Source: Cenarchaeum sp.
GTDB taxonomy: Archaea > Thermoproteota > Nitrososphaeria > Nitrososphaerales > Nitrosopumilaceae
Assembly: GCA_965212015.1 (NCBI GenBank)
Contig: OZ243037.1
Coordinates: 736,001-800,000 of the forward strand
Reading direction: 5' to 3'
DNA length: 64,000 nt
Shown here: positions 59,581-64,000 of the stretch, piece after piece
How positions within the stretch are numbered: position 1 is the first letter of the stretch
Layout: each line of letters starts with the position of its first letter
Program-made: the position numbers and the translations under genes
Notes under the pieces: model-generated
Database searches by the model: none
Told to the model about the DNA's origin: nothing
What the model saw: the letters and a program-made list of their open reading frames with translations, nothing else

Positions 59581-60861
59581 GTGTTGTCAAAGTCGAGAAT
59601 CGCGTACACTAGGGCAAAAAGGACAATCCCGTCTGGCGTGAACAGCCCCGTCAGGTACTTTGAGCCGCACCCGTTCTTTGTGAAAAGATCCGACAAGAGC
59701 CATGTTTGGGACGCAGACGGCAAAAGATACACCGACTTTTGCAACGGGTACGGCGCGCTGCTCTTGGGCCACAACAGAAAGGAAATAGTAAATGCGGTAT
59801 CAAGACAGCTAAAAAGAGGCGCCCTGTTTTGCGCCCCCACAGAACAAGAGACGGAGCTATCCGAGCTGATAGCCGAATGCTACAAGTCGATCTCCAAGGT
59901 GCGCCTGGTCAACACCGGCGGCGAGGCTACAATGACGGCAGTAAGGCTGGCGCGCGGCTTTACCGGCGGCAAAAAGATCATAAAGTTCGATGGCGGCTAT
60001 CACGGGGCGCACGACTCTATGCTGGTGGGCGCCGGATCCGGCGCGGCGCACGGCAGGATTACTATATCCGGCGGAGTAACCGGCGAGGTCGCAAGAAACA
60101 CGCTTGTCATACCGTACAACGACTCTGCACGGCTGGAAAGGACAATCCAGAAAAACAGGGACGCAGCCGGGGTAATCATCGAGCCCGTTCTGGGAAACAT
60201 GGGCGTCATACCGCCAAAAGATAATTTTCTAGGGGACGTCAGGCGCATTACAAAGCAAAACGACGTCACACTGATATTCGACGAGGTAATCACGGGGTTT
60301 CGCGCATCGCCTGGCGGCATGCAGGGGATTCTCGGCATCACACCGGACATTACGACCCTGGGCAAGGCGCTGGGCGGGGGGTTTGCCATTGCGGCAGTCG
60401 GCGGCAAAGGCGAGATCATGGACAAGCTCGCGCCGGGAGGCGTCGTATACCAGGCAAGCACGTTTGCAGGAAACCCGGTATCTGTCAGCGCGGGAATTGC
60501 GTCAATTAACACCATAAACAGAATCAAAAACAAAATGTATCCCAGGCTGGAAAGATACTGCGCGCGGCTGGCCGCAGCCATTGACGACATTGCAACTGAC
60601 ATGAAAATACCGCACCGGATCAACTTTGCCGCATCCATGTTCCAGCTGTTTTTTACCGGCACCCCGGTTACCGACGCGAGGACCGCCAGAATGGCGGATG
60701 CAAAAAAATTCAACATTCTGTTCAGATCACTGCTAAAGGACGGAATATTCGTAGCACCCTCGCAGTTCGAGGCAGTAATGCTGTCTGCGGCGCACACCGA
60801 TTCTGATATCAGCGCGGCGCTAGAGGCGTACCGGAGGGCGCTTGCGGCGGTAAAGAGTTGA
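59581..60861 (+). CDS. hemL: Glutamate-1-semialdehyde 2,1-aminomutase
   Basis: GVNSPVR, LIFDEVITGFR, TTLGKALGGG, APSQFEA. Confidence 0.95.
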   Translation: MLSKSRIAYTRAKRTIPSGVNSPVRYFEPHPFFVKRSDKSHVWDADGKRYTDFCNGYGALLLGHNRKEIVNAVSRQLKRGALFCAPTEQETELSELIAECYKSISKVRLVNTGGEATMTAVRLARGFTGGKKIIKFDGGYHGAHDSMLVGAGSGAAHGRITISGGVTGEVARNTLVIPYNDSARLERTIQKNRDAAGVIIEPVLGNMGVIPPKDNFLGDVRRITKQNDVTLIFDEVITGFRASPGGMQGILGITPDITTLGKALGGGFAIAAVGGKGEIMDKLAPGGVVYQASTFAGNPVSVSAGIASINTINRIKNKMYPRLERYCARLAAAIDDIATDMKIPHRINFAASMFQLFFTGTPVTDARTARMADAKKFNILFRSLLKDGIFVAPSQFEAVMLSAAHTDSDISAALEAYRRALAAVKS

Positions 60862-61787
60862 ACTATACGGTGGGAACGCGCAAAAGCGCGCTGGCACTTG
60901 CGCAGACAGGCCAGATAGTAGAGGAGCTCAAAAGGGCAAACCCCGGTTCGGGCTATGAGGTTATGGGAATGCAGACAAGGGGTGACACGGACTCAAAGCC
61001 GCTGTTTGCAATCAACCAGAGGGGAATATTTGAAAAAGAGATAGACCTGGCGGTGGCAGACGGGAGGATGGACTTTGCCGTGCACAGCCTCAAGGACGTC
61101 CCGACTGATCTTCCAGAGAGCCTCTGCATTGCGTGCGTTCCAAGGCGCGAGGCGGCAAACGACGTGATAATATCCGGCGACGGGGCCGACATTTACTCCA
61201 TAGCGCCGCACGGAATAGTCGGCACCAGCAGTCTGAGGCGCGCAGTACAGATAATGCGAAAAAGGCCGGATCTCCAGACAAGGCCGGTCCGAGGAAACAT
61301 CGAGACGCGCATCAAAAAAATCTCAGACGGCTATGACGCAATAGTGCTTGCGCAGGCCGGAATCTCCAGGCTGGGGCTGAATGTCCGGTACTCTAGGCTG
61401 CCTGTGAGTGATTTTACGCCGTCGCCGGGGCAGGGGGCCCTTGCCGTGGTGGCTCGCGCAGACGACGCAGAAACAATCGGCATGCTGGAGGGAATCGAGG
61501 ATGCACAGGCGCGCGCAGAGACCACGGCGGAGCGCGCGCTTTCGAGTTACGTCGAGTCCGGGTGCAGGTTTCCCGTGGGGGCGCACGCAAGGACGTCGGC
61601 AGGCGAAATGACGCTCAGAGTCGAGGCCTTTTCGGTGGACGCAAAAAAATCACTGGCAGTGGAGAGGACGGGTCCGGCAAAAGACCCCGAGGGATTAGGC
61701 GAGGCCGCAGGCAGGCAGCTGCAGGAAATGGGCATAGATGAGCTTTCATTAAATTGGAGAGAAAGGATGGAAGAGTGGAACAGATGA
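60858..61787 (+). CDS. hemC: Hydroxymethylbilane synthase
   Basis: GTRKSALALAQ, AVHSLKD, GTSSLRR, RGNIETR, GC.FPVG. Confidence 0.95.
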   Translation: MNYTVGTRKSALALAQTGQIVEELKRANPGSGYEVMGMQTRGDTDSKPLFAINQRGIFEKEIDLAVADGRMDFAVHSLKDVPTDLPESLCIACVPRREAANDVIISGDGADIYSIAPHGIVGTSSLRRAVQIMRKRPDLQTRPVRGNIETRIKKISDGYDAIVLAQAGISRLGLNVRYSRLPVSDFTPSPGQGALAVVARADDAETIGMLEGIEDAQARAETTAERALSSYVESGCRFPVGAHARTSAGEMTLRVEAFSVDAKKSLAVERTGPAKDPEGLGEAAGRQLQEMGIDELSLNWRERMEEWNR

Positions 61788-62521
61788 CAGGCAAGGTATA
61801 CCTGGTGGGCGCAGGCCCTGGCGATGCCAGGCTGATCACGCTTCGCGCAGCGGAGCTGCTCAGAAAGGCAGACGTGGTATTATACGACAGGCTGGTCGGC
61901 AGGAAAATCCTTGCAATGATTCCAAAGGACGCGCAAAAAATCTATGTGGGCCGCGCAGTGGGTGACGACACAGGCCACCAGAATTCCACAAACGCACTCA
62001 TGGAAAAGCACGCAAGGGACAAAAAGACAGTCGTCCGCCTAAAGGGCGGTGATCCCACGATGTTCGGCAGGGGCGGCGAGGAGGCAGAATTCCTCAAACG
62101 GCACAAGATAAGATGCGAGATAGTACCTGGAATCACGTCGGGGATTGGTTCTGCAACGTACGCCGGAATACCGCTCACGCACAGAAAGTTTGCGTCGTCT
62201 GTGGCGTTTGTCACCGGCCACGAGGATTTTGAAAAAAAATCCCCCGCCGTAAACTGGAAAAAGCTTGCAAAATCAGTAGACACCATCGTTATAATGATGG
62301 GCCTCGCCGGCATTGACAGAATATGCAAACAGCTAGTGCAGGGCGGAATGGACGCAGACACGCCGGCTGCCGTGATTCAAAACGGCACCACCCCGAGACA
62401 AAAGACCGTCACCGGAAACATATCGAACATTGGCAGGCTCGCAAGGCAAAACAGGATCAGCCCGCCGGGCGTAATAATAATAGGAAGGGTAGTCGGCCTG
62501 GCAGGGGAGGAAAAATGCTAG
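61784..62521 (+). CDS. cobA: Uroporphyrinogen-III C-methyltransferase
   Basis: VYLVGAGPGD, VRLKGGDP, VPGITS, GIPLTHR. Confidence 0.95.
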   Translation: MTGKVYLVGAGPGDARLITLRAAELLRKADVVLYDRLVGRKILAMIPKDAQKIYVGRAVGDDTGHQNSTNALMEKHARDKKTVVRLKGGDPTMFGRGGEEAEFLKRHKIRCEIVPGITSGIGSATYAGIPLTHRKFASSVAFVTGHEDFEKKSPAVNWKKLAKSVDTIVIMMGLAGIDRICKQLVQGGMDADTPAAVIQNGTTPRQKTVTGNISNIGRLARQNRISPPGVIIIGRVVGLAGEEKC

Positions 62522-63330
62522 ACGGAAAGACCATAGCAATCACCAGATCAGAGCAGGACGCCGCAGAGTTTATGGAGCTGATGGCCGGGGGCAACGCAAG
62601 GCCCGTGCCGCTGCCCACGATAGAGCTGGTAAGCAGGGGCGAAAAGATTGCCGACGAGTTCCTAGAGTCCGCAGGGCGCTACGATCCGGACTATGCCGTC
62701 TTTATGAGCTCAAAGGCAGTAAGGCTGCTCTTTGATGCCGCAAAGGCATCCTCCAGCTTTGAGCGCCTCAGGCTTGCGGTGGCAAACACAACCGTAATCG
62801 CAGTCGGGCCCAAGACAAGGGACGCCCTCGCAGAGTACGGAATCAGGGTATCGCACATGCCGGAGCTGTTCTCGTCAGTCGGCATAGGCGAGGTGTTTAC
62901 AAGGCTCAACCCGGCGGGAAAAAAGGTGATCGTTCCGCGAAGCGGCGCATCGACTCCGTTTCTCGCAGAGCTGCTCTCCAAGATCGGCCTTGACGTCCTA
63001 GAGGTGCACCTGTACGACGTCTGCGCATTCCGGGACACCGCCCAGTGGAACGAATTCCGGAAAATGTTCTCCGGGGACGGAATAGACGGGATTATCTTTA
63101 CTAGTGCGTCCTCTGTAAGGGCGTGGTTTGAGATAATGTCGGCAGATCACGATTCTGACGCGCTTTTGGGGCGCCTGCAAAAAAGCAACATAGTCGCAAT
63201 CGGCCCGTTTACCGCCGGCGAGCTAGAAAAGTTCGGCGTGCAAAACACCGTATCGCAGGTTCACACGGTGCGCGGCGCAGTCGAGACGATCAGCAGTGTT
63301 CTAGGCGGGGGCCAAAAACGCCGTCCCTAG
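62515..63330 (+). CDS. hemD: Uroporphyrinogen-III synthase
   Basis: IAITR, AVGPKT, FTSASSV, AIGPFTA. Confidence 0.9.
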   Translation: MLDGKTIAITRSEQDAAEFMELMAGGNARPVPLPTIELVSRGEKIADEFLESAGRYDPDYAVFMSSKAVRLLFDAAKASSSFERLRLAVANTTVIAVGPKTRDALAEYGIRVSHMPELFSSVGIGEVFTRLNPAGKKVIVPRSGASTPFLAELLSKIGLDVLEVHLYDVCAFRDTAQWNEFRKMFSGDGIDGIIFTSASSVRAWFEIMSADHDSDALLGRLQKSNIVAIGPFTAGELEKFGVQNTVSQVHTVRGAVETISSVLGGGQKRRP

Positions 63331-63395
63331 GCGCGGTTATTTAGCTATACCTCATTTTCCTTATCTATTTATAATATAACAGGGTTATTTTCCGC

Positions 63396-64000
63396 ATGAC
63401 GACTGAAAATCTGGACATGGATTATTCAAAGTATGATTTCAAGGATTCGACTGAATTGTACGTGCATTTGAGCAAAAAGGGGCTCTCAAAGGAGACGGTA
63501 AAAAGCATCAGCAAGATGAAAGACGAGCCGCAGTGGATGCTCGACTTTAGGCTGCGCTCGTACGAGATATTCATGAAAAAGCCAATGCCGACGTGGGGCG
63601 CCGATCTCAGCTCCATTGACTTTCAAAACATATTCTATTATGCAAAGGCATCCGAAAAGACCGAAAAGAACTGGGACGACGTGCCAGAGGACGTCAAAAA
63701 CACGTTTGACAAGCTCGGCATTCCAGAGGCCGAAAAAAAGTTTCTGGCCGGCGTCGGCGCGCAGTACGAGTCAGAGGTGGTATACCACAGCCTCCGCGAG
63801 GACCTGCAAAAGCAGGGGGTGCTGTTTCTCGATACCGACTCTGCGCTAAAGGAGCAGCCCGAGATTTTCAAAAAGTACTTTGGCAAGATAATCCCGCCCG
63901 AAGACAACAAGTTTGCCGCACTGAACAGCGCCGTGTGGAGCGGCGGCTCGTTTATCTATGTCCCGCCCGGCGTCAAAGTCGACATGCCGCTGCAGGCGTA
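63396..64000 (+). CDS. sufB: Fe-S cluster assembly protein SufB (3' end outside window)
   Basis: Manual translation: KKGLS..V..IS..K.EPQWML.FRL...PTWGADLS...[13 protein letters not shown]...[21 protein letters not shown]. Confidence 0.93.
   Translation, partial: MTTENLDMDYSKYDFKDSTELYVHLSKKGLSKETVKSISKMKDEPQWMLDFRLRSYEIFMKKPMPTWGADLSSIDFQNIFYYAKASEKTEKNWDDVPEDVKNTFDKLGIPEAEKKFLAGVGAQYESEVVYHSLREDLQKQGVLFLDTDSALKEQPEIFKKYFGKIIPPEDNKFAALNSAVWSGGSFIYVPPGVKVDMPLQA

Overview
Archaeal chromosomal segment. The gene content (eukaryote-type topoisomerase IB, TFE, NAC, Trm56, Dph5, archease, thaumarchaeal-type conserved proteins, an intron-containing tRNA-Met) points to Nitrososphaerota/Thaumarchaeota, probably Nitrosopumilaceae (inference). 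A housekeeping backbone (ribL, dph5, tfe, hflX, ubiD, topo IB, ctaB, NAD kinase, rhodanese, pstCAB-phoU, hemL-hemC-cobA-hemD, sufB) is interrupted by several accessory blocks. (1) A 19.7-kb element integrated at the 3' end of tRNA-Asp(GTC), with an 18-bp att duplication at 8575-8592 / 28255-28272 and a 14-bp inverted repeat that would flank the core in attP. It carries a tyrosine integrase, a stand-alone TopoVIA-like Toprim protein, an actin/ParM-like ATPase, a 1038-aa VirB4/VirD4-like ATPase, an AbrB-fold protein preceded by a helically phased array of seven TGCA-N5-TGCA boxes (a candidate actin-based partition module), and a SNF2-DUF1156-DUF499-HEPN defence operon. (2) A family of composite non-coding repeats at three loci, with 16x48-bp and about 5x112-bp tandem amplifications. 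(3) A complete 2.44-kb IS6-like transposon with 53-bp TIRs, an 8-bp TSD and passenger genes. (4) An AT-rich cassette between 81-bp direct repeats, encoding a frameshifted COMMD-like protein and a retropepsin-like protease. (5) A kinase/nucleoside-deoxyribosyltransferase-like gene paired with a Panacea/YwgA-like gene. All family assignments come from motif recognition by eye; no database searches were run.
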